From an uncultured candidate division WWE3 bacterium (GTDB lineage: Bacteria; Patescibacteriota; WWE3; UBA101185; UBA10185): DNA of 64,000 nucleotides. Position numbers and translations under genes: made by a program. Positions within the stretch are counted from its first letter, which is position 1, and the number at the start of each line of letters is the position of its first letter. The notes under the pieces were generated by a model. The model was not told where the DNA came from, made no database searches, and saw only the letters and a program-made list of their open reading frames with translations. The DNA lies in contig CAIRNR010000007.1 of NCBI GenBank assembly GCA_903879985.1, positions 216,079 to 280,078 of the forward strand, read 5' to 3'. Shown piece by piece: positions 30,789-40,520 of the stretch.

Positions 30789-32987
30789 TTATCTTCTAGG
30801 TCTAAAACCGCCTCTGTCTCCACCGCGATCGCCACTATGTCCACGTGGTGCACCACCGCGATCGTTTGTATTTTCATAGGCATCGCCCATATCAATAGCT
30901 TTTTTAGACAAACTGATTTTTCCGTCATTACCAAGACCGACAACTTTTACCTTAACGGCATCACCTGGTTTAAACCATTCGCGAACGTCTTTAACATAAG
31001 AATCGGCTATTTCACTTACGTGTAATAAACCAACGCGGCCTGGTAAAATTTCGACCAAAGCACCAAAGTCTAATAAGTCTTTTACAACACCATCGTAGGT
31101 ATCGCCAACTTCTAAATCTCTGGTTAAACCGTCAACGATTTGTAATGCTTTTTCAGCTCCTGATTTATCAACTGCTGTTATTACAACTGTTCCGTCTTCT
31201 TCAATAGAAATTTCGGCTCCGGTTGTTTCTTGGATTTCTTTAATTACTTTTCCGCCTGTACCAATGACCATTCCAATTTTAGAAGGATCAATTTTGATTC
31301 TTAACATTTTTGGAGCGTAATCAGAAACAGCTTCTTTTGGTTTACTAATTGTTTTTTCCATTGAGTCCAAAACAACCATACGACCTGTTTTAGATTGAGC
31401 AATAACTTCATTTAAAACATTCATTGGCATTCCTGGCACCTTCATATCGCATTGAATTGCTGTAACACCTTCGCGGGTTCCGGTCATCTTAAAGTCCAAG
31501 AAACCACTAAAGTCTTCTTCTCCAGCCAAATCAGTAATTACTTTGTATTTAGTAAAGTCATAATCACTAACCATTAATCCCATTGCAACACCACCAACCA
31601 TAGCTTTAATAGGTACACCTGCGTCCATAAGGGCTAAGGTTGAACCACATGTTGCGGCCATTGAAGATGATCCATTTGATGAAAGTATTTCTGATACCAA
31701 AACTACTGTATATGGAAATTCTTCTTGGTTTGGCATTACAGCTTTTAAGGCTTTTTCTGCAATCATTCCGTGACCAATTTCACGACCTTTTGGTGAACCA
31801 AATCTTCCAATTTCACCTGTTGAGAATGGAGGAAAGTTATAGTAATGCAAAAATCTTTTACTTCTTTCGCCATACATATCTTGAACTAAAAGTTCCATAG
31901 TAGGAGAACCTAATGTAGCAACTGTTAAAGCTTGTGTTTCACCTCTAAAGAACAAGGCACTTCCGTGTGTTCTTGGTAATACAGAAACTCGTGAGGATAA
32001 AGGTCTGATTTCGGTTACGGATCTTCCATCAATTCTTGTTCCGTCGTTTAATACTTTGTTTCTAATAACTGTTTTTTCGGCAGCATCAAGTGCGGCTTGC
32101 ATATCAACTTTTTTGTAAGTACCTTCAAATTTCTTGAAAAGTTCTTCGGCTAAAGCGGCTTTTGCTGCAACTCTTTTACTTTTGTCAAAACCGGTACTGA
32201 ACATTTCAGTAAGCTTGGCATCGGCAAATTCACTAACAGCTTTTGCAAGTTCTGCTGTCACAGCATGTGAGATATAAGCGTATTTTTCGTGAGTTGGATT
32301 TACTTCATTAGCGAAATCTTCAACAAGATCTAATAATGTATCCATACTATCGCGAACAAAGTTTATAGCTTCTAATAACTTTGTTTCTGGCAATACGTTC
32401 ATTCCTGCTTCGATTGCTAAAAATCTTTTTTCACGTCCAACAAAAGAAACTAACATATCCATTTCGGATTTTGTTTCTAAGTCATCAACATTTGGGCACA
32501 TTACAAGTTTTCCGTCTATTAAACCAACTCTTCCTGAAGCCATAGGGCCTTTCCAAGGAACGTTAGAAGCTGTTAAAGCAGCTGATGTAGCAACCATTGC
32601 TAAGAATTCTGGATCAGCAGTTTTATCTAAAGATAAGACCGTAGCAACAACTTGAACTTCATCTGCATAATCTTTTGGAAATAATGGTCTAATTGCATGG
32701 TCAATTGCTCTTTGAGCAATAATAGCGTCGTCTGAACCTTTTCCATCTCTTTTTACAAATCTTGAACTCTTAATTGTTCCACTGGAGTAAAGTTTTTCTT
32801 CGTAGTTAACGGTCAATGGGAAAAAATCTATATCTGGAGTAGCTTCACCTGAAACAACAGTTAACAATACAACGGTATCGCCATATGAAGCTTTAACAGC
32901 CATATTAGCGCGTGGTGCAAGTTCGCCTGTTTCCAATACCAATTTTTTACCAGCGAATTCTATCTCTTTTTTTACGATTTTATTCAT
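30789..32987 (-). CDS. pnp: Polyribonucleotide nucleotidyltransferase
   Basis: FFPLTVNYEEK, LPRTHGSALFFRGETQ, SNGSSSMA, KH and S1 domains. Confidence 0.98.
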   Translation of the reverse strand: MNKIVKKEIEFAGKKLVLETGELAPRANMAVKASYGDTVVLLTVVSGEATPDIDFFPLTVNYEEKLYSSGTIKSSRFVKRDGKGSDDAIIAQRAIDHAIRPLFPKDYADEVQVVATVLSLDKTADPEFLAMVATSAALTASNVPWKGPMASGRVGLIDGKLVMCPNVDDLETKSEMDMLVSFVGREKRFLAIEAGMNVLPETKLLEAINFVRDSMDTLLDLVEDFANEVNPTHEKYAYISHAVTAELAKAVSEFADAKLTEMFSTGFDKSKRVAAKAALAEELFKKFEGTYKKVDMQAALDAAEKTVIRNKVLNDGTRIDGRSVTEIRPLSSRVSVLPRTHGSALFFRGETQALTVATLGSPTMELLVQDMYGERSKRFLHYYNFPPFSTGEIGRFGSPKGREIGHGMIAEKALKAVMPNQEEFPYTVVLVSEILSSNGSSSMAATCGSTLALMDAGVPIKAMVGGVAMGLMVSDYDFTKYKVITDLAGEEDFSGFLDFKMTGTREGVTAIQCDMKVPGMPMNVLNEVIAQSKTGRMVVLDSMEKTISKPKEAVSDYAPKMLRIKIDPSKIGMVIGTGGKVIKEIQETTGAEISIEEDGTVVITAVDKSGAEKALQIVDGLTRDLEVGDTYDGVVKDLLDFGALVEILPGRVGLLHVSEIADSYVKDVREWFKPGDAVKVKVVGLGNDGKISLSKKAIDMGDAYENTNDRGGAPRGHSGDRGGDRGGFRPRR

Positions 32988-33001
32988 TTTTTTATATGTT
33001 T

Positions 33002-33093
33002 GAGTGAAAGATTCCTTGGGGATTAAGACCTAAATTACTAAGCACCAAATGCGCAATAATTTATTTCCTAATCTTCCAAATAATCTTCTTCTC
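33002..33093 (-). promoter_or_regulatory. Long stem-loop in rpsO-pnp spacer (pnp leader)
   Basis: Nested complementary blocks AAGATT/AATCTT, TTGG/CCAA, GATTAGGA/TCTTAATC, TAAATTATT/AGTAATTTA. Confidence 0.6.
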
Positions 33094-33124
33094 GACTAAT
33101 TAAATATTAATTACTATCAAAGAG

Positions 33125-33394
33125 TTATTTAGACAACTCTAACTTTTCAGCGACTTTAGTGTATCTATCTTCATCTTTCTTTTTAAGATAGGACAAAAGT
33201 CTTCTTCTTTTATTAACCATTTGTAATAACCCTCTTCTTGAGTGGTTATCTTTTTTATGTAACTTTAAATGGTCGGAAAGTTTAGTTATACGCTCATTCA
33301 ATATTGCGACTTGAACCTCTGGAGATCCTGTGTCGGCGTCATGCAATCTATTGCCTCTTATTATTTGTGCTTTTTTTTCTTTTTGTAGAGCCAT
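33125..33394 (-). CDS. rpsO: 30S ribosomal protein S15
   Basis: [22 protein letters not shown]; start moved to ATG 33394 (MALQK). Confidence 0.98.
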   Translation of the reverse strand: MALQKEKKAQIIRGNRLHDADTGSPEVQVAILNERITKLSDHLKLHKKDNHSRRGLLQMVNKRRRLLSYLKKKDEDRYTKVAEKLELSK

Positions 33395-33438
33395 AATATT
33401 GCAATATTCTAGCAAATTGATTAGTAAAACGCAATGCC

Positions 33439-34086
33439 CTAAATACCCGCTTTATACATAGCACCGCCCAATAAAGCCTTAGCAGCTCTGCGGTCTAGGT
33501 TTAAACCCCAAATTCCAAAGGTATTAAGTATTAAAAGACTGAGATTTTCCTTTGAAATATCGATTAAATTTACCTTACCGTACTTTGTATTTTTATCAGT
33601 ATTATCAATGTTTACAACAGTTGCCTCTTTTAAATTAGCTTCCATATCTGAATATGTTTGTCCAAGATCCTCTAAGGTCTGAGAACCAATTACAAATATA
33701 AGGTCGAAGTCAAAACCCTTTAAACTGGATGTTATCTTTGAGAAATCAAAGTTTTTGCTCATGGGACTTAAGGTTAGGTATAAAACGTCGTTTTCAGTTG
33801 TGTATTGAACTTTTGAAGCTGGAGTATTTGAATAGTCAACGGCTACAACAAGCTCGCGTCTTCCTGTATCAGCGGTTAATTCTTCTCTTGAGATGATGTC
33901 GGGAAACTCATCCGGTGTTTTACCGGGATAAATTAAGGAAACATTCTTTTCAGCGTTTTTTAAAAGGTAGTAAAGGCCAACACCTGCAGCATATGCTTCA
34001 GGACCGGCAAGTTTTGACGGTATAACAGCTATTCTCTTGGCTGATGCTAAAAGCTCAGCAATTTGATTCTTTTCTTCTGTATTCAT
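33439..34086 (-). CDS. Degenerate DHH-phosphoesterase-like (NrnA-like) N-terminal domain
   Basis: DHH-like topology (RIAVI, DLIFVIG, VVNIDN..N.KYGKVN) at the usual locus between infB and rpsO; DHH histidines absent. Confidence 0.65.
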   Translation of the reverse strand: MNTEEKNQIAELLASAKRIAVIPSKLAGPEAYAAGVGLYYLLKNAEKNVSLIYPGKTPDEFPDIISREELTADTGRRELVVAVDYSNTPASKVQYTTENDVLYLTLSPMSKNFDFSKITSSLKGFDFDLIFVIGSQTLEDLGQTYSDMEANLKEATVVNIDNTDKNTKYGKVNLIDISKENLSLLILNTFGIWGLNLDRRAAKALLGGAMYKAGI

Positions 34087-34119
34087 AGTTAAATTGGGCT
34101 GAAATTGGTTTACGCCGGT

Positions 34120-34148
34120 ATTGTACCCGAATAGCCCTATAGTGTCAA
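34120..34148 (-). promoter_or_regulatory. sigma70 promoter of the DHH-like gene
   Basis: TTGACA-17-TACAAT. Confidence 0.7.
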
Positions 34149-34161
34149 ATCGCGAGGCTGC

Positions 34162-34217
34162 GTGACAAAAAGAAAAGACTCCGATGAACCAGCAGTTTTG
34201 CGGTTGATCGGAGTCTT
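34162..34217 (-). terminator. Long bulged intrinsic terminator
   Basis: AAGACTCCGAT...ATCGGAGTCTT followed by TTCTTTTTGTCAC. Confidence 0.8.
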
Positions 34218-34226
34218 ACATAACCA

Positions 34227-34976
34227 TTACTTTGTGATCTGCATAGATCCAAAGCCCTTCAAATTCTCTGCCAAAATATAAACATCGGGCAGCATTTCAA
34301 GAAACTTATCACTATCGCCAAAAGGGGTTTCGCCAAAGGAATTATTACCATCCTTGCGAATTCCTCCAACAAATATGCGTCCATCTTCCCGACGAAAGGC
34401 CACTGTTACAATCCCAAATTCGGCGTCGTTCCAGTTTTTAAAGTTCTCTTCCCAAATGCTTTTTGCGTCATTGCGTAAGCATGCCGCAATTTCTCCCAAA
34501 CGTACCCAGACAAAAGTACAATCTGGAATTTCCTTCAGCTTTACGCTATGCAAAAGCTTACAATGTATGGATAAAGTATTTACTACCTCCGTTTTCATAG
34601 CGGGGGGCTGCCGTCGGTGCGAAATCCCTAAGCGAGATAAAAATCGCTTCCAGGTGTATTTGCTAAATAAGCCTGGAGTTTCATTCACAGCGCCAGCAAA
34701 CTCAAGCATACGAATATGCAGTTCTAATACATCGGCCACAACTGGACCTTTGACTTCTATAATATAAACCCGTTCTTGATTCAGGTTATAGTCAATGCGC
34801 CCAATTCCGAGTGCGGTATTAAACGCGTAAACCCGGGAAACTTGATTGGTATAGGGCATTATCGTTAACCCGCTTAAACGTAAACCTTTTTCTAGGATAA
34901 AATCCCTTACAGGCGATGTGGTCAACACACATTTTGTTGAACCATCATCAGAAACTAAAATCCATGACTGTGTCAT
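34227..34976 (-). CDS. Hypothetical orphan protein
   Basis: GGAG SD before ATG 34976 (alternative 34988); own promoter TTGCAC-17-TATAAT; own terminator. Confidence 0.7.
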   Translation of the reverse strand: MTQSWILVSDDGSTKCVLTTSPVRDFILEKGLRLSGLTIMPYTNQVSRVYAFNTALGIGRIDYNLNQERVYIIEVKGPVVADVLELHIRMLEFAGAVNETPGLFSKYTWKRFLSRLGISHRRQPPAMKTEVVNTLSIHCKLLHSVKLKEIPDCTFVWVRLGEIAACLRNDAKSIWEENFKNWNDAEFGIVTVAFRREDGRIFVGGIRKDGNNSFGETPFGDSDKFLEMLPDVYILAENLKGFGSMQITK

Positions 34977-35116
34977 GATTCTCTCCATTTTTGATCCGCC
35001 ATAACTTTGTTACGGTCGGTCTATTTTCTCACCGCGTGAGATTTGATTTCTGGATTATAGGTTAAACATAGCGAAAGTGCAAACCCATAGCATTGAGAAC
35101 TGGCAGAATTAGGCGC

Positions 35117-35162
35117 AAAAAAAGGCAGCTTGTGTTCCTGGCGGGGAAGACAAACTGCCTTT
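35117..35162 (-). terminator. Long intrinsic terminator with internal mismatch
   Basis: AAAGGCAGTTTGT-C-TTCC..GGAA-C-ACAAGCTGCCTTT followed by T-run. Confidence 0.8.
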
Positions 35163-35168
35163 ACTGAC

Positions 35169-35765
35169 TTAATCTAACTGTGTATCACTTCGGGTATAAA
35201 TTTTACCATCGACTTTTAATACGAGTAATCCCTGATTATATTGCGTTTCATGATCCAGGGTTACCACAAACTGCGTATTGATGAGCGCACCTTCGATTTT
35301 GCTTTGAATAAGCTTAGTCGCATCTTTCATGTACAAATGTACGCGAGCTTCCTTAAGCAAAATTCTGATTTCACCGGATGCGGTTTTTCCATCAATCAAA
35401 GCTTTTGTAAAATCGCTAATCGCCTTGTTCAAACCACCACTCCAATGCAACTGTGTTGATACAATATGCATTTCGCAGCGGTAGTGGATATATGCACATA
35501 TTGGCTGGACAGTCATGAGCAATAAGCCAGCTACACATATGACAATAACTATGCCAAAGACAATCATCAAAAACATCTCGTACAGAGTGCCCTTATTGTC
35601 TGGCATAGTGTCAATGGTAGACCACACAAATAATCGCATAATACTGACCAACACGATCATCAGCGGAATCATGCGAATCGCGCCTGGTGTATTGAACTCG
35701 GTCCAATAAAACTTAGGAAAACTAATCATCACATACCTATCCTTCTGCCCTAACGGCATCATCAT
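35169..35765 (-). CDS. Hypothetical orphan membrane protein (2 TM)
   Basis: Two hydrophobic helices; start uncertain (35804, 35765 or 35729). Confidence 0.6.
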   Translation of the reverse strand: MMMPLGQKDRYVMISFPKFYWTEFNTPGAIRMIPLMIVLVSIMRLFVWSTIDTMPDNKGTLYEMFLMIVFGIVIVICVAGLLLMTVQPICAYIHYRCEMHIVSTQLHWSGGLNKAISDFTKALIDGKTASGEIRILLKEARVHLYMKDATKLIQSKIEGALINTQFVVTLDHETQYNQGLLVLKVDGKIYTRSDTQLD

Positions 35766-35804
35766 ATTTTTATTGGGTTTGATAGGCCTAACGCCTCCGC
35801 CCAA

Positions 35805-35950
35805 TTTTTGAGTGCTTGAACCATTCGGTTTTTAAAGAGCTTTCCGCCAAAAGCCTCATACAAGCAAACTGCGCTCCATAGCGTTGTGAAACGCAAATTG
35901 CCTGTATGAATACTAAAGGGGAAATATTTGTATTCCATTGGAATACAAAG
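35805..35950 (-). ncRNA. Candidate structured RNA or long 5' leader
   Basis: Downstream of TTGACA-17-CATAAT; perfect hairpin TTTGTATTCC-AAT-GGAATACAAA, then a long G-U-rich hairpin. Confidence 0.35.
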
Positions 35951-36053
35951 GAATTATGCTCCAAATCGTGCTTTTTGTCAACCTATAGCATTTATATCTG
36001 AGGCAAACGATATTACTACTCAATATCTAGAAAATGGAAAATTATTTGGAAAC

Positions 36054-37550
36054 TTATAAAACTTCAATCCAATAACCAGCCTTAATATCATCAAACTGAG
36101 GCTTCAAGAAAACACCACACTCAACATCCTTACCTACAACGGTAACTTCGTCTTTACCACGTTTAAGGTTTCTAATAGCACCGGTATACAAAGATGTATC
36201 ACCGTCTACTAAAGTGGATGGGTCTTTATCATAAACAGAAACTCGCGTATTTGGCTTTAAAGCTCCGGCAATAACTCTACTACCTGCAACCAAATCACCG
36301 GACTGTAATTTAAATGTTTTTAAAACTTGGGCACGACCTTTAATTTTTAATTCTTCTTTTAATGCAGTGCCTTCAAGCAATTTTTCGGCATCATCGATGA
36401 GATCGTAAATTGTTTTATAACTTTTAACTGTAACCTTATTATTAAGAGCTAAATCGGCAACTGCGGTTGGTATTCTCACGTTGAAACCGATGACTACACC
36501 ACCACGGCTACTTTGAGCTAAAACAACATCGGATTCTGTAACGTCGCCTGTACCTGAGAATAAAAATTTTAATGCATATGTGGCTTCGACCGAGGATGTA
36601 ACTAAATTAGCTAGACTTCCTTTAACAGCTTCTAATGTGCCATAAGTATCAGCTTTTAAAACAACAGCAACTGTCTTTTTTGAGTTTTTGCCGATTATTT
36701 CTACTTGGTTCTCATCTACAGTCAACGAGGCAAGTTCACTACCTTCAGTAACTAATAAATCTCCAACGTGAGGTACTTGGCTAAATCCAAATATTTGAAC
36801 CGGAGTTGAAGGACCTGCTGATTTAATAGGTAAACCTTTGTCGTCTAGTAATGATTTAATTTTTGCTACATAACCACTTGCAGTTATTTTATCGCCTACG
36901 TTAAGCACGCCATTACGAACAATAACGGATACATTAACACCGCGTTTGCGATCTAAGAAAGATTCAATGATTACAGCTTCTAACTCGTTTTCGACACTTC
37001 CTTTAATGGGATTAAGATCAGCTATTAGCAAGATAGCGTCTAAAAGTTTATCAATGTTTGTTTTATTTTTTGCAGAGACTTCTATACACACAACATCGCC
37101 ACCCCAATCCTCAACCTGCACACCTTCAGATGCCAATTCTTGTTTTATTTTCTGGGCATCTGCCCCGTTAGCGTCCATTTTATTAATAGCGACTATCATA
37201 GGAACTTGTGCAGCGTGGATATGTTGAATAGCTTCTTTGGTTTGTGGCATAACGCCTTCGTCTGCAGCCACAACTAATATGCAAATATCGGCAGCTCTAC
37301 CACTTCGTGCGCGCATTTGAGTAAAAGCCGCGTGGCCTGGGGTATCGATAAATGTTACTTTTTGGTCTTTGTAGGTGATTTGGTAAGCGCCAATATGTTG
37401 GGTTATTCCACCATATTCTTTGGCTTGAACATCTGTGTGACGGATTGCGTCAAGTATGCTGGTTTTGCCATGATCGACGTGACCCATGACTGCAACAATA
37501 GGCGGACGTATCCCATCTTTAATTGTGTTTGTAATTTCATTTTTTGCCAT
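36054..37550 (-). CDS. infB: Translation initiation factor IF-2, short form
   Basis: RPPIVAVMGHVDHGKT, GGITQHIGAY, DTPGH, NKMD. Confidence 0.97.
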   Translation of the reverse strand: MAKNEITNTIKDGIRPPIVAVMGHVDHGKTSILDAIRHTDVQAKEYGGITQHIGAYQITYKDQKVTFIDTPGHAAFTQMRARSGRAADICILVVAADEGVMPQTKEAIQHIHAAQVPMIVAINKMDANGADAQKIKQELASEGVQVEDWGGDVVCIEVSAKNKTNIDKLLDAILLIADLNPIKGSVENELEAVIIESFLDRKRGVNVSVIVRNGVLNVGDKITASGYVAKIKSLLDDKGLPIKSAGPSTPVQIFGFSQVPHVGDLLVTEGSELASLTVDENQVEIIGKNSKKTVAVVLKADTYGTLEAVKGSLANLVTSSVEATYALKFLFSGTGDVTESDVVLAQSSRGGVVIGFNVRIPTAVADLALNNKVTVKSYKTIYDLIDDAEKLLEGTALKEELKIKGRAQVLKTFKLQSGDLVAGSRVIAGALKPNTRVSVYDKDPSTLVDGDTSLYTGAIRNLKRGKDEVTVVGKDVECGVFLKPQFDDIKAGYWIEVL

Positions 37551-37593
37551 ATTTTAAAATGTTTAGTGCTTATCAAGTTCATATGCAAAAGCC

Positions 37594-38715
37594 TTACTGA
37601 GCTTGAGTATCTAAACTATCTTCAGCTTTTTCTTCTGTAGCTTCTTCGGATTTTGGTTTTTCTTCATGTCTAATTTCGGAATCCCAAACACCAACGATTC
37701 TTGCGTTTTCTTTAGCTTCTTCTTTTTGTGCTACTGTTTGTTCATTTCCACCGAATGCCCCGACAATTCCTTTGATATCAATCTTCCATTTGGTTAGTTT
37801 GTTAGCAAGTCTTGCGTTTTGACCTTCTTTACCAATGGCTAAACTTTGCTGTTCTTCTGGAACGGTTACAATGGCACGTTTGTTTTCTTTGTCTAATTCA
37901 ACATCGGTAACTTTTGCTGGAGAAAGTGCTGCAGCAATAAATTTTTCAGTTGATAAGTGATAAGGCAATATATCGATCTTTTCGCCGAATAATTCGGAAA
38001 TAATTGCTTGAACACGAACACCTTTTTGTCCAACGCAACTACCTACTGGATCAACTTTGTCGTCTTTTGAAAATACGGCCATTTTAGTTCTTGAACCGGC
38101 TTCACGGGCGATAGCTTCGATAACTACAACGCCTGAAGCAATTTCTGGAACTTCTTGTTCGAATAGTCTAACAACAAACTGAGGATCTGAACGGCTAACA
38201 ATTACTTCAGTTCCACGGGATGATTCTTTGATATCTTTAACCAAAACCTTTAGTCTTTGATTTATTCTATAATGTTCAGATTGAACTTGTTCGCCTGAAG
38301 GCATAACACCTTGAGTTCTAGTTTTACCTAAATCTAATGTAACAAGACCATTATCTAATCTGAAAACGTGACCAGTAACAATAGTTCCGATTTTAGCTTT
38401 AAATTCAGTGATAATAACGTCCTTTTCAGTTTCTCTAATCTTTTGCAATATAACTTGTTTGGCTGTTTGAGCTGCGATACGACCAAACCCTGCTGGTGTA
38501 ACATCGCGACCATCTCTTATAACTTTTACTTCACCTGAGTCTGGATTAAGATCAACTGATATTTCTTCTATGGCGACTTCTTCACCGTTTTCTTTTCGGT
38601 CTTTTTTGTACGCCGTAGCCAGAGCCGATTGTACCGACTCTAGAACACTACTAACAGAGATTCCCCGCTCAGTAGCAACTTGATTTATCGCTGCGCTAAA
38701 TTCTGATATTGCCAT
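37594..38715 (-). CDS. nusA: Transcription termination factor NusA
   Basis: FGRIAAQTAKQVILQKIRE, AREAGSRTK, AIGKEGQNARLA. Confidence 0.98.
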   Translation of the reverse strand: MAISEFSAAINQVATERGISVSSVLESVQSALATAYKKDRKENGEEVAIEEISVDLNPDSGEVKVIRDGRDVTPAGFGRIAAQTAKQVILQKIRETEKDVIITEFKAKIGTIVTGHVFRLDNGLVTLDLGKTRTQGVMPSGEQVQSEHYRINQRLKVLVKDIKESSRGTEVIVSRSDPQFVVRLFEQEVPEIASGVVVIEAIAREAGSRTKMAVFSKDDKVDPVGSCVGQKGVRVQAIISELFGEKIDILPYHLSTEKFIAAALSPAKVTDVELDKENKRAIVTVPEEQQSLAIGKEGQNARLANKLTKWKIDIKGIVGAFGGNEQTVAQKEEAKENARIVGVWDSEIRHEEKPKSEEATEEKAEDSLDTQAQ

Positions 38716-38733
38716 ATTTTTCCCTTAATAACT

Positions 38734-38797
38734 AAAAAGGCGGGACAAGCCCACCAAATACTATGAATAAGTTATCACAATGCGGGGTTGGGGTCAA
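38734..38797 (-). promoter_or_regulatory. nusA promoter and leader terminator hairpin (rimP-leader-like)
   Basis: TTGACC-17-TAACTT, then GGTGGG-CTTGT-CCCGCC-TTTTT before nusA. Confidence 0.6.
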
Positions 38798-38824
38798 CTT
38801 GGGTTTGGGATAATAATGGGTCTT

Positions 38825-39763
38825 TTAATTCTTCAAAAACTCTTCCAACAACTCTTTTTGCTTCCTATTTAACTTCTTTGGCGTGACAACGGCAACCTGA
38901 ACCAGCACGTCACCTTGTCCTTTTGATTGCAACCTTGGCATACCTTTGCTTCTAATAATAAAACGAGCGCCATAATCGGTACCAGCTGGGATTTTAAGCT
39001 TCGCAGAACCTATTCCGGTTTTTTGCTCTAAATCGATAACAGGAACTTCAATAACACCACCCAAGGCGGCGGTAGCAAAATCAAGCTCTTTTGTAACAAC
39101 TAGATTATCGCCGGAAATATTAAATTGCTGAGGTTTTTTGATTCTTAATGTTAAAAACAGATCACCTGTCACTGTACCTTGTGGACCAGGCATACCGCGC
39201 CCAGGAAACTTGAGTTCTAGGCCATCACGCGCTCCCTGTGGAATCTTTACAGTAAACTTGCCACTTTCTACATTGATTTCTTTTTCGGCGCCAAATATGG
39301 CTTCAGCGAATTCGACGTTTAATTCGTAATATAAGCTTTTACCTTTGTGAGGAGCTCGTCGGCCACCTGCACCACGAAATCCAAAGAATTCTTCGAAAAT
39401 ATCAAAAGGATCAAAATCACCAAAGTCCTGACCTGCACCATTGGCACCACCGTTTGAAGTGTAAGAATAGTTAAAAGGACCCCACTGGCCACCAGCACCT
39501 GGGCGTTGACCTTGCCCAAAGCCACCCATGTTTGGATCGGCAGTACCGTAGGTATCAAACGTTTTTCTTTTTTCGGGATCACCTAAAACGCGATATGCCT
39601 CGTTTATTTCTTTAAAGCGTTTTTCAGCCGCTTCTTTATCACCGGCACCTACGGCATCAGGATGATGTTCTCGTGCTAGTTTGCGATATGCTTTTTTTAT
39701 TTCTTCAGCGGAAGCTGTTTTTGATACGCCTAATATGTTGTAGTAGTCTTTTCCGTTTGCCAT
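38825..39763 (-). CDS. dnaJ: DnaJ-family chaperone, class B (no Zn finger)
   Basis: J-domain with HPD, G/F-rich region, C-terminal domains; no CxxCxGxG repeats. Confidence 0.88.
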   Translation of the reverse strand: MANGKDYYNILGVSKTASAEEIKKAYRKLAREHHPDAVGAGDKEAAEKRFKEINEAYRVLGDPEKRKTFDTYGTADPNMGGFGQGQRPGAGGQWGPFNYSYTSNGGANGAGQDFGDFDPFDIFEEFFGFRGAGGRRAPHKGKSLYYELNVEFAEAIFGAEKEINVESGKFTVKIPQGARDGLELKFPGRGMPGPQGTVTGDLFLTLRIKKPQQFNISGDNLVVTKELDFATAALGGVIEVPVIDLEQKTGIGSAKLKIPAGTDYGARFIIRSKGMPRLQSKGQGDVLVQVAVVTPKKLNRKQKELLEEFLKN

Positions 39764-39772
39764 ACAGTGTGT

Positions 39773-39812
39773 ATTCTATCACCTACGGTGATCGGTCGCC
39801 AAAGGCAACAGA
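39773..39812 (-). repeat. Double-palindrome promoter element, copy 2 (dnaJ)
   Basis: TATCACCTACGGTGATCGG plus GTCGCC-AAA-GGCAAC. Confidence 0.8.
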
Positions 39813-39843
39813 GCACGTTAAGTGGGTTGATTAGTGGGTTTTT

Positions 39844-39890
39844 GTGACAAAAAAAGACCCTGATAAGTTGGTTTGCTTATGCAGGGTCTT
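39844..39890 (-). terminator. Long bulged intrinsic terminator
   Basis: AAGACCCTG-C-ATAAG..CTTAT-CAGGGTCTT followed by TTTTTGTCAC. Confidence 0.8.
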
Positions 39891-39902
39891 GCTTACTATT
39901 TT

Positions 39903-40340
39903 TTATTCGTAACCACGGTGACCGTTATATTTCTCGGTGTGGTAACGAACTTGGGCTTCAACTTCTTCGGGCGGTTCTTCGTCAGGGTCTTGTTCGGCAT
40001 TGCGAGGATCGCCTTCAGTATATGCGGCATCTTCTAACGCAGCCATTTCCCATCGCCAAACAGCAGCATCAATCTGGGTAGCAAAACATCGAAGTTGACC
40101 TTGCGGATCCCGCGGAAGCTTTTTAAGCGTAACAACAGCTGTGGTATCAGTCCAAACAATATCATTGAAAATCGGGCTGATCACACTTTTCGTACCTTCC
40201 ATATCCCTTGTATTTGGATGTAGTGTTATCCACAATTGTACGGGATCAATACTATCGCGAAATCCCATCCAGCCAATATTTCCCTGATCTAATGTGGTCC
40301 ATTCTTCTCCTAGCGGAGCTTTACGATTCTTTGGGTGCAC
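39903..40340 (-). CDS. Hypothetical orphan protein with acidic C-terminus
   Basis: GAGG SD before GTG 40340; promoter TTGTGT-17-TACAAT; own terminator. Confidence 0.65.
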   Translation of the reverse strand: MHPKNRKAPLGEEWTTLDQGNIGWMGFRDSIDPVQLWITLHPNTRDMEGTKSVISPIFNDIVWTDTTAVVTLKKLPRDPQGQLRCFATQIDAAVWRWEMAALEDAAYTEGDPRNAEQDPDEEPPEEVEAQVRYHTEKYNGHRGYE

Positions 40341-40419
40341 TATAACCTCTCTCTTTCCGTATCGCAATTGATACGCGCAACTTTATTAGTCAGCTGTTGC
40401 TAGCTCTGATTTGTGGTGA

Positions 40420-40484
40420 TTGTAGCAAAAATCCGATGTTTACACAAGCTATAGGTTGACTGAAGTTTGTTAAGGATATACAAT
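40420..40484. promoter_or_regulatory. Back-to-back divergent promoters around CAAGCTATAGGTTG
   Basis: Minus TTGTGT-17-TACAAT; plus TTGACT-17-TACAAT; -35 boxes 8 bp apart. Confidence 0.7.
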
Positions 40485-40520
40485 GCTGAAAATAGCCAGA
40501 TAAACCAAAAGGAGAGAAAA

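Noticed and set aside
39764-39840. CIRCE, CtsR or HAIR heat-shock operator upstream of dnaJ
   Set aside because: None of these consensus sequences is present
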